Below, piece after piece: positions 36,549-49,397 of a stretch of 64,000 nucleotides of DNA; positions within the stretch are counted from its first letter, which is position 1, and every line of letters starts with the position of its first letter. Both the position numbers and the translations under genes were made by a program. Under the pieces are notes generated by a model, which worked only from the letters and a program-made list of their open reading frames with translations, searched no databases and was not told the DNA's origin. The DNA comes from Asterias rubens. Taxonomy: Eukaryota. Location: contig NC_047076.1 of assembly GCF_902459465.1 (NCBI RefSeq), forward strand, positions 1,488,001 to 1,552,000, written 5' to 3'.

Positions 36549-36722
36549 ATGGGATCACTTTGTAACGCTAGGCCGCAGCAGGCTTACCAGGTAAATATCC
36601 ATTTCGTGAAATGAATTGAATTGAATTGAAATTATGTAGATCTGAGCATGCCCACTTTACCAAGGACAATGGATTTACCTGGTAAGTCTGCTGCCACCTA
36701 GAGTCCCAAAACTCCCCTATTA
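36549..36722. mobile_element. Hairpin MITE (copy of 20077-20222) in the FTCD 3' UTR
   Basis: CAGCAGGCTTACCAGGTAAAT / ATTTACCTGGTAAGTCTGCTG arms; begins about 6 nt past the FTCD stop. Confidence 0.7.
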
Positions 36723-36728
36723 GCCGTT

Positions 36729-39700
36729 TCAATCGCTCGATGCTCGGCCATCAGCAATGCTCAGCACTTCAGCAGCGCCCTCTCTTGCCAGCTTTAAGAA
36801 TTGGTCAATGTCTTCCTTTGCCTGTTAGAATGGATAGAACAGTCAAAGTGTATGAGCCTTTTAGGTTGGTACACGACTAAAGCTTATGTCTAACTCTACA
36901 TTCATTGCAAATAATAAATTTCAAACAAAAATGTACACGCATTTCAATCGATAGAGGGAATGTATGCTTTTTGTTTTTGGAAACGTTATTGTTTTAATCC
37001 TATAGATACTATAAAACTGACTGTGAAAATTTCAAAGTAGTGGCATTTTGAAACATCACTGAAAATCAGGAGCCATTTAGTCTATGCAGGAATAACGATT
37101 TGTGTTTTGGAATACACAATCTGAGAAACGTTTCCGTCTGTAACATTTCTCACATTCAAATTTGTTTTGATAAAATCTTATATATTTGTTCTACAACCAC
37201 GTTACTTCGAAGTGAAATGATTCTCAAAATGCTTTATACTATCTGCTTTACTTCAAAGTGCGTTTGAAAGACACTGGACACTATTGGTAATTGTCAAAGA
37301 CCAGTCTTCTCACTTGGTGTATCTCAACATATGCATAAAATAACAAACCTGTGAAAATTTGAGCTCAATTGGTCGTCGAAGTTGCGAGGTAATGAAAGAA
37401 AGAACACCCTTGTCACACGAAGTTGTGTGCTTTCAGATGCTTGATTTCGAGACCTCAAATTCTAAACTTGAGGTCTCGAAATCAAATTAGTAGAAAATTA
37501 CTTCTTTCTCGAAAACTATGTCACTTCAGAGGGAGCCGTTTCTCACAATGTTTTGTACTATCAACCTCTCCCCATTACTCATTACCAAGTAAGGTTTTAT
37601 GATAATAACTATTTTGAGTAATAACCAACAGTGTCCACTGCCTTTAATGCCATTGTTTTTTAGGACTGTTACCAAACATACACCTTCCCTTTCAAACTGA
37701 ATCCCCCAAAGACAAGTCTATACCTTAGCTTTGATTCCTTCATCTGTCACATTTGGAATATTCACCATGACGTTATAGTAGGCTCCCCAAACACCAACCT
37801 CTAGCGCCCTCGCACCAACCTGACATAAATAAATATTTAATGTTTTACTCCTCATCGGTGAATTGAAATTAAATTGAAGGTGGCGATATTAAAACCGAAT
37901 TCAGAAAAGATTACGGGAAATCCACAATGTTCTTGCAATCCACTTAAAGACACTCAATGCTGACATAGATGACTTCAAACGAGATCATGGAAACTGTTCA
38001 GATAGTCTTTTGATTTGGGGTTGAACAAAGAGAAAATTGACTACAGCGGGATTTGAACCAATGCCATCTGGATTAATGTGCCAGCGCTCTACCAACTGAG
38101 CTATCTAGCCCTACTGGATGTTGGCAGTCTCCTCAAATCTATGTTCTTGGGGTGCCTGTCAGAAGCCATAAAAACCTGTAACTGTCGTGTAGCCAGGGAT
38201 CACACCTAAGTTAATACTAATGGCTTGTAATAATAATGGCTTCTTATATCGCGCTCAGGTCCGTCACGTAGTGACACTCATGGCACTCCAACATTATTAC
38301 CCCTGGTCACTGGGCCTTAAATCATTCCTTAAACCATCTCAGCTCCCTGGGGAGTATACAGCCTTTTGCAACAAATGCTCTACTCGGCTAAGTTATGATA
38401 CTACTGGGAAAAAAACAGCAGCCAGGGTGGGGGGGGGTAGTTTTTTATTTCAGATATCAAATAATAAACCTGACTGGGCAAATTTTCCACAATACCTGAA
38501 GGTCGGAGACACACTGTATGTTTCCGCACTTAGCAAGCTCCTTCAATGGCTCCCAGATATTACTGACACATCTTGCTACCTGCATCGGCACTGAGATAGC
38601 CGCTTGTATGGCAAGTTGCATACACTCTTCACGCCTAAAACAAAACAGAAAATCCAGTTTAATGTTCACTAAGCAAATACTATTTTGGTAAAAACAAAAA
38701 ATCATTGGACATAGACTTGCGTCCGTGGCTGCCTCGTCTTCAAATTGTAATGGGGGCGCACTCCTGGAGTCGCCGCCATCACCTGTTCTCTTTTAGTTGC
38801 AGCTGTTTTCAGCTCTCCTACACTTCTACCACTACACTTTGTCATATTATTGTCTATCCAGCGCAGCTTAGGGAACCTCTGCTACGACTTGTACCAATAG
38901 GCAGGACCAACTGCGTTGTGTACGGTAGACTTGTACCAATAGGCAGGACCAACTGCGTTGTGTACGGTAGACTTGTACCAATAGGCAGGACCAACTGCGT
39001 TGTGTACGGTAGACTTGTACCAATAGGCAGGACCAACTGCGTTGTGTACGGTAGACTTGTACCAATAGGCAGGACCAACTGCGTTGTGTACGGTAGACCT
39101 CCTCGTCTACTTTGGTGAACATTTTTATTTCCAGCATTTTTCTTGGAAAAACTTCCATCAAACCATAGCATCCAAATTCAACACCAGTATTTAGTGAAAA
39201 ACAAACTTGAGTTAAAGCCATTGGACACTTTCGGTAAACAGTATTGTCCAAGGCCCACCCTTCGTGTATCACAAATTATGATATAAAATAACAAACCTGT
39301 GAAAATGTAGGCTCAATCGGTCATCGGAGTCGGGAGAAAATAGCGGGAAAACCCATCTGTTTCCGCACGTTTCGCCGTGTCATGACATGTGTTTCAAAGA
39401 AATCCGTAATTCTCGATATCGAGAATTGATCTTGTTTTAATGTTTTCTCAAAAAGTAAAGCATTTCATGGAATAATATTTCAAGAGAAGTCTTTCCCCAT
39501 TACCTTCTGTAAACCCTGTAAGTTATTTGTAAATCTGTGAACTTTCAATTTTTTTTCTGTTCCGAAAGTGTCCAATGGCTTTAAAGAAAAGTGACATTTG
39601 AGAAGATAATTTTCTTACCGTTTTGTTTCTTCTTCTGTGGACTTGGGCATCTTGATTGCCGCCTAAGAATAAAATAAAAAAGAAACTAAAAGGTTTGACA

Positions 39701-42700
39701 AATAAAGTGGTATTTTTTTATAGTTTAACAAGACTACTCACAATGTGTCTGTAAACCCACTTGTAGTTCGGGGCCTTTCTCCTACAAAGTCTTTAGAAAT
39801 GGATCAAATATATGAAACCCTTTCTCATTTTGTATGGTCGGATATCAACTAAAAAAAATAAAAATCAAGGGTACCAGACCAATGGCTCTGTGTGACATCA
39901 TTTAAATATCGAGTCTTCGGAGTAGCCAAGTCTGGATCCTTGTCTCATTTGACCTTACCATATATCCATTGAATGCATTAGTGTCGGCATCAATCAGTGG
40001 TACCAGACTCTGCATGACATTGTTAAGCGGTGGTATGAGTCGTCTCATCTCGGCATCGAGGTGTTCAAACTTCTTATTCCCAAACGACAACCATCCAACC
40101 ATACTCGTTAAAGCAGCTCCCTGCATTGCAAAAGCAGACAAGAATTCACAAAGTGCTGCGCTAAACTGTCCAGTGTCGGCTTAACTCATTCTAGGCCCAC
40201 TGTCCCACAAGCAACCCTCAATTCTGCAGAGTGCTATTTCAAACACAATGTTATCCAAGGTGAGAGTCTGACAAAAAAGTCTGAAATTAGGATTAAATTT
40301 TTTTTTGAGAAACTTTAAGTTGAAATGATGATATTTCTATCTTTTGGTTACCCCTGCGGTTTAGATTTCAAAGAGCTTTTAGGAAAAGTATCCTCAGCAC
40401 TAGACAAGTAGATCAAAGAGCAGGATTTCGTTATGTGCGGAAAAAAAACAACCGCCGATTCTTTTTCTTCAGGCACTCAAAATTACTGAATTCTGATGAA
40501 AGTCTGAAATTTCTCATCCCTGGTTATTCAAGATTATGAATGCAGGCTGTTTAAAATTCTGCACAGAGGTCTGACACAGTCAGCAGCTGTGCCTTTGTAA
40601 ATAAGTCGTGTGTACTCATTAACGGCACGGTAACAAATCAAAATTCAGTATCAGTCAACCTTTCAGAATCTATTTATACCATGTTAGAAAAGTTTGCGAG
40701 CAGCCAAAATTAGTTTTAGCAGTACAGTCGCATGCTGTACAGACAGGATGGTTTGAGTATACTATGGCGCAGGGTTTAAACAAGAAATGTAAGATTTGTC
40801 TGTGCCTACCATTGCACCTACAGCAGCAGCAACCGATCCTCCACCTGGGGCTGGAGTCCTGGAACCAACACTCTTAATGAATGATTTCAAACTCATGTTA
40901 GCGAGTGGGGCGGACAAGGACGAATCCTCGGCAATCATATACCTGAATGTTACAATGAAAAGAAATCACATTTAGGAAGTTAACATAGATTCTTGGTCCA
41001 CAAAGTTGTGGTACCTTTATACATCAAACAATTTCAAGTGTACAATAACAATTTGTTCATCCCTATTCATAAAAAGGAGCAATACATTTGTTATTTCTAG
41101 CCAGGTTACAATTTCTGATCAGGTTACAGTTTCCTAAAGCTGTTGAGAAGATCAATCAGCTAAGCAAATATCTTTTCTAAGTAAGAATTAAGTGGTAGCA
41201 GTACAGTATGGTATGGTATTTTGGCTGGTAACCTATTTCTGCTAAGCAATATATTTCTGTGCTTAGCGAGTTCTTATCGGCCCCTGTGAGTTTTCACCGA
41301 CAAGTGCTTTTTAAAATGTTTTGTCATTTCTAAACACACAAACTCTGCTGAAAGTCGAGCTACCTCACTCATTGCATACAAATTATACAAAGCTAAACCA
41401 TTTCTTGTCTTGATATGGATATAAATAACTTACTCAACAATTCTTTCATTGGGTTTGAAGAGACTGAGTGAGCTCAGACCTAACTTGTCAATCACCTGAA
41501 AAAAAAGTTAAACAAGTAAATTGGCAAACCATATCATACAATGTCTGTCCAAATCAGGATTAAATGGAGTATCCACACTTGCTGTATCCTATAATAACAA
41601 ATCATTGAAAATATGGGCTCATCAGTTGATCATTGGGTTGCAAGAAAAAAAGTGAAATCAAAAACACCCTTGTTGCATAGAATTGTGTCATTCATCAGAT
41701 GTCTCAGATTTTTGAGAGTGTGAAAAATTACCTCTTATTCTTCAAATGGTGCCGGATCTAACAGTTTGCTATAACAGCTCTCCAGTGCTTTTTCATAATA
41801 AATTGTTATGGTATTAACTTGTGGGGTAATTACCTAAAGAACACCCATTAAAAAAAAAATTGTCATTTATAAAGGAAGATTTAACTTTTTATCAAAAATA
41901 TCTTACCAGTCTGATTTTCTGATCTTCTTCCAAGATGAAGAGATTTTCTTTCTGAATATAAAAATCAGCGGCTTCTAGAATAGCTTTCCTAGGAACTAAG
42001 CCGACGATCTGTGATCCACAAACGGCAACATTCAGCTCCTATTCATGAGAAACATACAGTTGTAGCTTCTTAGTAAAGAACATTATTAAAGGCAAAGTGT
42101 AACTTTTTAATCCTATATAAATGTATATAGTAGATGTTAAATTTGCATCGGGGATAAAGAATATTAATTTTTTGGTTTTTACCCATACAACGATGTGTTA
42201 GCACTGTATAGTACTTGCCCCTGCCCGTGAAAAAATATCACAGGCATATTTATCAGGTGGGATTCGAACCCACGACCCTTGCAATTCTAGAGCAGTGTCT
42301 TACCAACTAGACTACCAAGATTGCCCGGTAGCTAGAGGCAGTTCGAATCCTATGCTTTGGCAGCGGGTACCGCAACGATATAATAGATGTTAAATTTGCA
42401 TCTGGATAAAGAATATTAATTTTGGTTTTTACCCATACAACGATGTGTGTTAGCACTGTACACTCTTTACTTTCCCGAGTCCCGTGAACAAATAACACAG
42501 GCATATTACTCGGGAGGGATTCGAACCCATGACCCTTGCAATTCTAGAGCAGTGTCTTACCAACTAGACTACCGATATTGCCTCGTTGCGATACCCGCTG
42601 GCAAAAAATAGGATTCGAACTGCCTCTAGCTACCGGGCAATATCGGTAGTCTAGTTGGTAATAGACACTGCTCTAGAATTGCAAGGGTCCTGTGTTGGAA

Positions 42701-45700
42701 TCCCACCCGAGTAACATGCCTGTGGTATTTTTTCACAGGACTTGGGAAAGTACTGAGTATACAGTGCTAACACACATCGGTGTATGGGTAAAAAAAAATA
42801 AAATACAAAATATACAAATGTAGATGTATACAATTAAACTAACATTACTTCTAAATGAAATGTTTCTCACTATTGAAAGCTGCTGTAGGCTTCTAACCAA
42901 TAGTAAAATGTTTATCATTTTGGGGTTCTCCTAATAATTTAAATAATTTTGTATAAAAAGAACATTTTCTGAAACTTTTTTTTGATCCCTTAAACAAGTT
43001 TTTTTATTTCCACTGGCCTTGCAGCAGTTACAAGTTTAACAATTGTCCACCAAACAAGTTTTGGTCTTACCTCTGCAAACTTTTTACACTCTTCAAATGC
43101 CTGATGCAGGGGCGTGACATCCATGTCCAGAAGATTCAAGCTAACCTGGGCTAGATTGGCTTCATCTAACCACCAACCAATGCCTTGAACAGACTTCAGC
43201 GTCCCACGCTAAGCAGATAAATCATAAGAATACAAATTAGTATTTATGGGACAGAAACTCTGAAAGTTGACCCCGCTGGTCACCACGGAATTGTCATTAA
43301 TTCAAACTTTATATACTGTTTATTATTTGTTTGATAACAAAACTGTACACAAAGGCAACAAGCCATTAGTGACTGTATGGTACAATAACTTGCTTGGTCA
43401 CAAGTTACTGCTCACATTTGAATTCCTCAGACTATAGAGACAGTTGCTATGTCAAATTGTTCAGGGCAAACTTTTTTGTAACAACCTCCAGGGCCAAACT
43501 TTGCTTAGCATGAAATGTCTTTCTTGATAAAAACAGGATTACCAACCAAATTTCCATTTGTTGCATATTGCTTGTTACTGGTATTCAGCTGTTGTTTGCT
43601 TATCCTGAAAATTACGTGAACATTTGGTTGGTAATCCTGTTTTTTATCAAGACAAAAAATTTCATGCTAAGAAAATGGTTGTGCTTAGCAGCTCTATGAA
43701 TTTGGGCCCAGATGAGCAAACCCTGGTACCATACACATTCAGAAATGTGTATGGGTGTTGACTGCCTCACTCCGAGAGTAAGAGCCAATTAAAGTTATGC
43801 TGTAAGAGGAACCAAGCGCAGTACACTATCCACTATCGATCACTACTGACGTCTTGGGCCAAGACTACTATCTCACCTGGGAAGGATCACGCCCTTGTTC
43901 TCGGACATTGAGAGCGATCCGATGAGCCTGTTCCTTGGTTCCCAGCAGGTTGACATTGAAGGCAATGAGGAACTTACGAGCGCCTGTAGCAGTTGCACCC
44001 CAAGTTGGGATGAAGTCATTCGTGCCGTAGTCAGGATACCAGTCAGGGTTGGCAAGCTGAAACAAGAAATAAAATCATTCAAAATAAACTCACTAAATAA
44101 ATAAATCAATCTTGTTTTCTTTTCAAAACTCAGGAAAGTACTGAGTATACAGCGCTAACACACATCAGTGATCGATGTAAGGGTAGAATCAAAATTAATA
44201 TTCTTTATCTCTATGCAGATTAAAAAAATTAACAGAACTCAAAAGAGATATTCACATGGTTTTATTGCAAACCTCTCTAAGTTTATTCCATCTTGCAAAG
44301 TTTCAAATCCTACACAAGAATTTATAAGACGCCTAAACCAAAGATTTCAAAGGCACTGAGGCACAGAAGGAATTAATAATTAATCAACGGTTAGCCACCT
44401 GAAACAAACTGGCTTTCAGAAGTGTCTTAGATGTGTTAGAAGGTTGTTGTGTCCCTGATGTGATTTGGAAGTTTATTCCAGAGTTTCTGTCCTTAGACTG
44501 AGAAAGCTCTATCAGCGAAAATTATGTGGCTTGTTCTTGGTACAACCAAGTATGGTGAACAGGATCTATTTGATAAAAGTTGTTTTCCTCCAGAACCAAC
44601 TTGCACCATACCAAAGTTTCAAATTGACAAAAGTTAAAAGAAAGATGAAAATGAAGACAAACCTTCTGGGGCATTTTCTCATACTCTCCATCTCTTATTG
44701 AGGACAGTATCTTCCTTTTGTCTTCACAGGCTGCATTGGCATAGAGGTAAACTAGAAAAATTCGTAAAAGAAAATATCAAAGATGAGTTTCTCGCAATAA
44801 AGAACACTTTTATGTAAGTGAGAACCGTTTGCTGATGACAGTGTTAAGACAAATCTCAGGTGGAACTATTTTTGTTAATTAACTTATAACTTGGGCCCAA
44901 ATTTCATTAACCGAGTACAAACAACTTGCTAAGCAGAGAAAAACTTTGTTGAGCAAAAACATGTTACCAGCCGAAATACCATAAAGTTTAGATTGTTGCA
45001 ACTGGTACCCCACTTATTTTTCGCTAAGCAAAGAAATTTGCTAAGCAGTATTTTCTGCTGAATAGCTTCATGAAATTGTGCCCTGATTACGAAGTCAAGA
45101 GAAAAGTTTGAAACAGTTGCAGCTTATTCCTACCTGGTACGCCAAGTTCTTGAGCGAGACGTGAACCAAACTCTTTAGCACATCCAACGCAATCCTCCAT
45201 TGTTGTATTATTCACCGGAATGAACGGACACACATCCAGAGCTCCCATACGAGGATGCTCTCCTGCAACATAAATAATTCATGAAATGATTATAATCACA
45301 TTCAAAGTCCATGAACAATTCATCAGCCCTTGAATGTCTTTCTTGATGGGGCAAGGCAGTTTTCCTCTAGTAAGGGGGCACTTCTATGAGGAAAATGTAA
45401 ATTTGTATAAGAACTTGCAAAGGGCACCACAGCAAGGGCACAGTGCCATGGCAATTGATGTGGGTCGATTTGAGGCCTGAATCATAAAACACTAAAAAGT
45501 CACTGTCTCAGTTACAATATGTAAATTAGATGATTTGCATAATTTGACATAATTATCTTCTCATTACCAACCCATTTTTTGAGTCCTGAAATGAAAACAA
45601 ACAATATTGCACAATCAAACAAACAACCTTTTTTAATAACCTTAAAAGCTTTTTTACCATGATGGCCTCGCATGTCGATCAACTTTGCAGCCACCCTCGC

Positions 45701-46633
45701 CATATTCAAAGCGCCCTCAACGACAGCAGATGGAGAGCCCACAAAGGTGTAGACTGTGCGGTTTGTTGATGGACCTGGGTCCACATCCAGTAGGTGACAT
45801 CCTTGGGTACAAATGAGTGCCTCTGCAATCGCATCGATGACCTGGATAAATCAGAAATAACAGAGTTGAAATTAGTCATGCAGGGAGGAGGAGAACTGTA
45901 GTCATTGGAGATGTCATCACATTTCAACCCTAACCTATAAAAACTGGCACCAGCAGAGACACACAACAACAATTATACTAAATAAGTAATCTAGTACTGG
46001 AACTTTGTACAGGCTTGTACTTTGAATTAAACTAGCGCAACAGAAAGTATAATCCAAAAGGATCCCCAGTCCTGCCAGTCCAGGGGCCGATTTCACAAAG
46101 CAATAAAATTCATCTCAAGACAAATTTTCAGTATCACCATTGAGATTTGTATTGTGACATCACACTTTACTTAGCAACTACGATTGATTTGAAGTTACGA
46201 TCAATTTGAGACCTTTGTGAAATCGGCCCCAGGTCAATTAAGTCACTTATCTGATCACATCAACTCAATACTCAATTTCGACTCAATTTAATTGGTTTAG
46301 TTAGTCACATTCCCTGACCCTTGGCTTGGAGGGAGCTGACCCAAGTTGAATAGATTTCAGAACCATTGACCGGACCAGATTTGTTACGGGTATGTGTCAC
46401 TTTTAATTTATACGAACAAAAACCCATATTCCTTCCCAAGTTAGTAAAACAAAACAAAAACCAACCAGAATGTCTAGTCTAGTTTAATCACCTATGTCTA
46501 CTTATCTGTACAGTAACATTGTAGTTGTACACAATTCATTCAATCACCGCACAAGAGTCAACCAACTAACCTCTTTTGAACGTCCCTCTGAAAAATTGGG
46601 AACACACTCAACGATTTGTACACAACCACTCAT
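36729..46633 (-). CDS. FTCD: Formimidoyltransferase-cyclodeaminase, 14 exons, ~547 aa
   Basis: Exons in transcription order: 46633-46571, 45841-45658, 45262-45134, 44751-44663, 44056-43877, 43208-43071, 42038-41907, 41495-41434, 40942-40810, 40120-39959, 39662-39619, 38634-38496, 37819-37724, 36821-36729 (1644 nt). Motifs: [42 protein letters not shown] (catalytic His), [40 protein letters not shown]. Confidence 0.97.
37265..37647 (+). mobile_element. Kolobok-like MITE family A
   Basis: TGAA|AGACACTGGACAC...GTGTCCACTGCCT|TTAA. Confidence 0.85.
38030..38115 (-). mobile_element. tRNA-derived SINE head
   Basis: The - strand reads GGGCTAGATAGCTCAGTTGGTAGAGCGCTGGCAC...GGTTCAAATCCC; related copies at about 57945-58075 and 51640-51755. 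Confidence 0.65.
38218..38367 (-). mobile_element. DeuSINE-like 3' fragment
   Basis: The - strand carries GCTGTATACTCCCCAGGGAGCTGAG (Deu-domain-like) and ends in (ATT)n. Confidence 0.5.
38886..39098. repeat. Perfect 42-bp minisatellite x5 in FTCD intron 11
   Basis: GACTTGTACCAATAGGCAGGACCAACTGCGTTGTGTACGGTA at 38886, 38928, 38970, 39012 and 39054. Confidence 0.95.
39212..39584. mobile_element. Kolobok-like MITE family B
   Basis: TTAA|AGCCATTGGACACTTTCGG...CCGAAAGTGTCCAATGGCT|TTAA, with perfect TIRs. Confidence 0.85.
42131..42795. mobile_element. Tandem plus inverted cluster of a ~253-bp tRNA-related repeat in FTCD intron 6
   Basis: Direct copies start at 42131 and 42384, and an inverted copy runs from 42583. 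The tRNA-like part is GGTAGTCTAGTTGGTAAGACACTGCTCTAGAATTGCAAGGGTCGTGGGTTCGAATCCC. Confidence 0.8.
43488..43710. mobile_element. Family C MITE
   Basis: CCAGGGCCAAAC...GCAGCTCTATGAATTTGGGCCC. Further family members lie at about 13230-13470, 33028-33210, 41150-41285, 44893-45085, 59430-59628 and 62505-62696. Confidence 0.7.
44395..44575 (-). mobile_element. L2-type LINE 3' fragment in FTCD intron 4
   Basis: The - strand reads [33 protein letters not shown], with an internal stop. Confidence 0.7.
46082..46232. mobile_element. GGGGCCGATTTCAC-ended MITE (family D)
   Basis: GGGGCCGATTTCACAAAG...CTTTGTGAAATCGGCCCC; relatives at about 52590-52735 and 60470-60640. Confidence 0.75.
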
Positions 46634-47120
46634 TGTTACAAATAAACTGACGTCCAAAATCTTGCTAAAACATCAACTTGCAGATAAAGTGAAATTTGGA
46701 ACAGGTCATTCGTCACGGTTGTGCAGTCTAGTCATCAGCAGAAAAAATGTTGTCATAGCTCGATCTCGTGTCACGGTGTTTACCTCTGGGGCGCCCTCTA
46801 TATTTTGAGACCGCTGGTTGCCAATTGGATCGTCCGTTTTGTGCTTTATGCCAACGAGTACCAGTGAGAGGAAAGCCGGGGCAAAAATAAATCACGTGAC
46901 TGTGTTGCTAAGAAAAGATTTGACTGAGAGTGCTAGGTGATAGTTTCGGCATTTTCAGACAGTCTGCTGTTCAAGTTTGGGAGTCCGGTGTTTTCTTCTG
47001 GCGAGCAGAGTCGAGTAAAGTCACGCAATTTCACAAAATGGCTGGACAAGACACCGGAATTTTTGCTTGGTACAAGTGCAACTCAAGGCTGACGTAAAAT
47101 TGCACATGAATGAGGTTCGT
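46634..47120. promoter_or_regulatory. Probable bidirectional FTCD/TTLL4 promoter region
   Basis: CpG-enriched patch directly upstream of the FTCD ATG. It has CCAAT (GCCAATTGG ~46821), E-box TCACGTGAC (46892-46900), an X-box-like half-site GTTGCTAAG (46904-46912) and a possible + strand non-coding exon donor GAG|GTTCGT at 47114. Confidence 0.5.
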
Positions 47121-47653
47121 ATTTATGTTTAAAACTTTTATTAACCCAATGCGCAATATGACAAATTTGAAGTGGACGTGTTACTGTAGTTAATTATAAA
47201 ACAAACTTATTGCTGACTTAACTTAACTAGGCTAACTTTGAAACAGACGAAGTCAAAAACAAACTGCTGAACTTAACCCCCTATTTGAGTTGTTGGAGCC
47301 CATTTCTACTTCATCTAGTTTTTTTAAACTTAGTTAGTAGGCCCCCCTATAGGCTATAGCCTAAATCTCAAAAACAAAACAAGTTGCTTGAAAAAGTCAC
47401 CAATTGAATTTGCCATGACATGGGGGCCCATGCCACACAGGCTCAGCGCTTAGTGCTACCATGGAGGTTGCCATGACTCATGAGTGCCAGCCAGCCGGGG
47501 CAGCGAGCACTTTTAGTTTTAGGCCCAACAGACCGTTACGGTTAAGCAGAGCCATTAAATAACTGGGTTTTTTTTCAATATTAATATTTCGGTTAGGCTA
47601 CCTGTTTATTGCAGCGAGCAGACTAAGGAAGTTTAGTAAAAAGGCCGGAAAAG

Positions 47654-47771
47654 TTTCCGTATGGCGCCACCACTTTTTCATTCAAAATAAAATAATATAG
47701 TATCTAATTTACCTGATTGATATATCCCTTTTTGTAAAAATGAGTGAAAAAGTGGTGGCGCCATACGGAAA
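47654..47771. mobile_element. Small hairpin MITE between FTCD and TTLL4
   Basis: TTTCCGTATGGCGCCACCACTTTTTCA / TGAAAAAGTGGTGGCGCCATACGGAAA perfect TIR. Confidence 0.8.
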
Positions 47772-48151
47772 GTTATCCAAAAGGCCATTTACATAGGGTA
47801 AATATTTTAAAAATATTTTACTAGTTTAGGCCTAAGTTGGGGAAATAAAAAAGGACACAATAAATAATTAACTTTAATTTAAAGCAAGAATATTAACAAT
47901 ATTTTTTAAAAAGAAGAAAATAGTTGGTATGTAATTTATAAATAGTTCTGCTACAAATAACCATTGGCATTAGGCCTACCCTCCATAAAAAAATAAAAAT
48001 AAAAATCTATAGGCAGGTAGGCTATGCAATTTTGCAATTAAATTTTATTTTAGAATTCATCTTACGGCGTTCAAGCGAAATGTAGGTCAGTAGGTCATAA
48101 GAGATTTGGTAACAAAATTTGTTTTCAACAATGTTTATTAGTTCACAGCAT

Positions 48152-48540
48152 TTAAAGGCAGTGGACACTATTGGTAATTGTCAAAATCCAGTCTTCTCAC
48201 TTGGTGTATCTCAACATATGCATAAAATAACAAACCTGTGAAAATTTGAGCTCGATTGGTCGTCGGAGTTGCGAGATAACTATGAAAGAAAAAATAACAC
48301 CCTTGTAACACAAAGTTGTGTGCTTTCAGATGCTTGATTTCGAAACCTCAAATTCTAAACTTGAGGTCTCGAAATCAAATTCGTGGAAAATTACTTTGTT
48401 GTCGAAAACTACGTCACTTCAGAGGAAGTCGTCTCTCACAATGTTTTATACTACCAACCTCTCACCATTACTCGTTACCAAGTAAGGTTTTATGCTGATA
48501 ATTATTTTGAGTAATTACCAATAGTGTCCACTGCCTTTAA
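48152..48540 (+). mobile_element. Kolobok-like MITE family A
   Basis: TTAA|AGGCAGTGGACACTATTGGTAATT...AATTACCAATAGTGTCCACTGCCT|TTAA. Confidence 0.9.
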
Positions 48541-49383
48541 AATTAATCTCTTAAAAAAGATTACTGGAAAAGTCGGAACGTTTTATTGACAGAAACAAAT
48601 TTAAACACAAAGAAGAGTGGTTTGGTAAAAAATACTAGCGTAAAAGCATATTAGGACTACAAAATTAATAATTGTCTGAAACTAGTATGTTATGATAAAA
48701 CCATCCTTTTTTGAAGCCACATCCCACTAAAGCAGCATTTTTCATTTGTCCCCAAAAAGACAAAAACTTTCTTATATTTTCTTTCTACTGAAACAGTAAA
48801 TTTTTATTAAAATAAACATCAGGAGCAAACATAAATTAGAATTCCTTTGAAATATTGTCTGTAATCAATTAAATTTTAGATATCTGGAGAGTCTGGTGAG
48901 ATAAACCAGATGGTTTAATAATTGCTTTAAAATTATAAAAACAGCCGACAAAAATATGCTGCTGAAACACATTGAGATTCTGTTAAAAAACTGTGCATCA
49001 TAAAAGATGGCATGTACATCATCAGTGAAGCAGGGAAATCCCTTTGATCTAAGCTGTGCATTCTGTCATATATAATTTGCAAAGCCATTAATGTTCACCT
49101 TGATGTATGGAACTCATTGACAAGTGTTTTGCTTAATTTCCTTTTACCCCTACAGGCTCATCTGCGCCTCACATCACCTGTCCCATGCTGGGAATGTCTG
49201 TCATTTCATCACCCTTCTCGCTACAACCAATCCTATGAATTCAGCTGCAATGACGCTAAGCTGACAGCTGACGCCCAGAACATTTTTCCTGCATCATCGG
49301 ACGGTCATTCGTAGAGGAAGCACTCATCAAGAAGAGCTGACTAGATGATGTCCTAACCCTAAGTGAAGGAAGATTTTAGCGGT

Positions 49384-49397
49384 GTTACCATGGCAAC
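49384..49397. promoter_or_regulatory. RFX X-box GTTACCATGGCAAC
   Basis: Full match to the palindromic X-box consensus, within the near-perfect 20-bp palindrome GGTGTTACCATGGCAACACC. Confidence 0.6.

Noticed and set aside
38886-39098. CRISPR-like appearance of the 42-bp direct repeats (also the 37-bp array at 54946-55422 and the 44-bp array at 34423-34551)
   Set aside because: The units abut with no unique spacers, there are no cas genes, and the context is eukaryotic and intronic. These are minisatellites.
38705-39272. Three overlapping 105-137 aa ORFs
   Set aside because: They are produced by the 42-bp (3n) repeat lacking stops and show no protein similarity.
48316-48498. Recurring short ORFs of the type [17 protein letters not shown] (also 51127-51354 and 63266-63564)
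   Set aside because: They are chance frames inside family A MITE copies, not a gene family or transposase.
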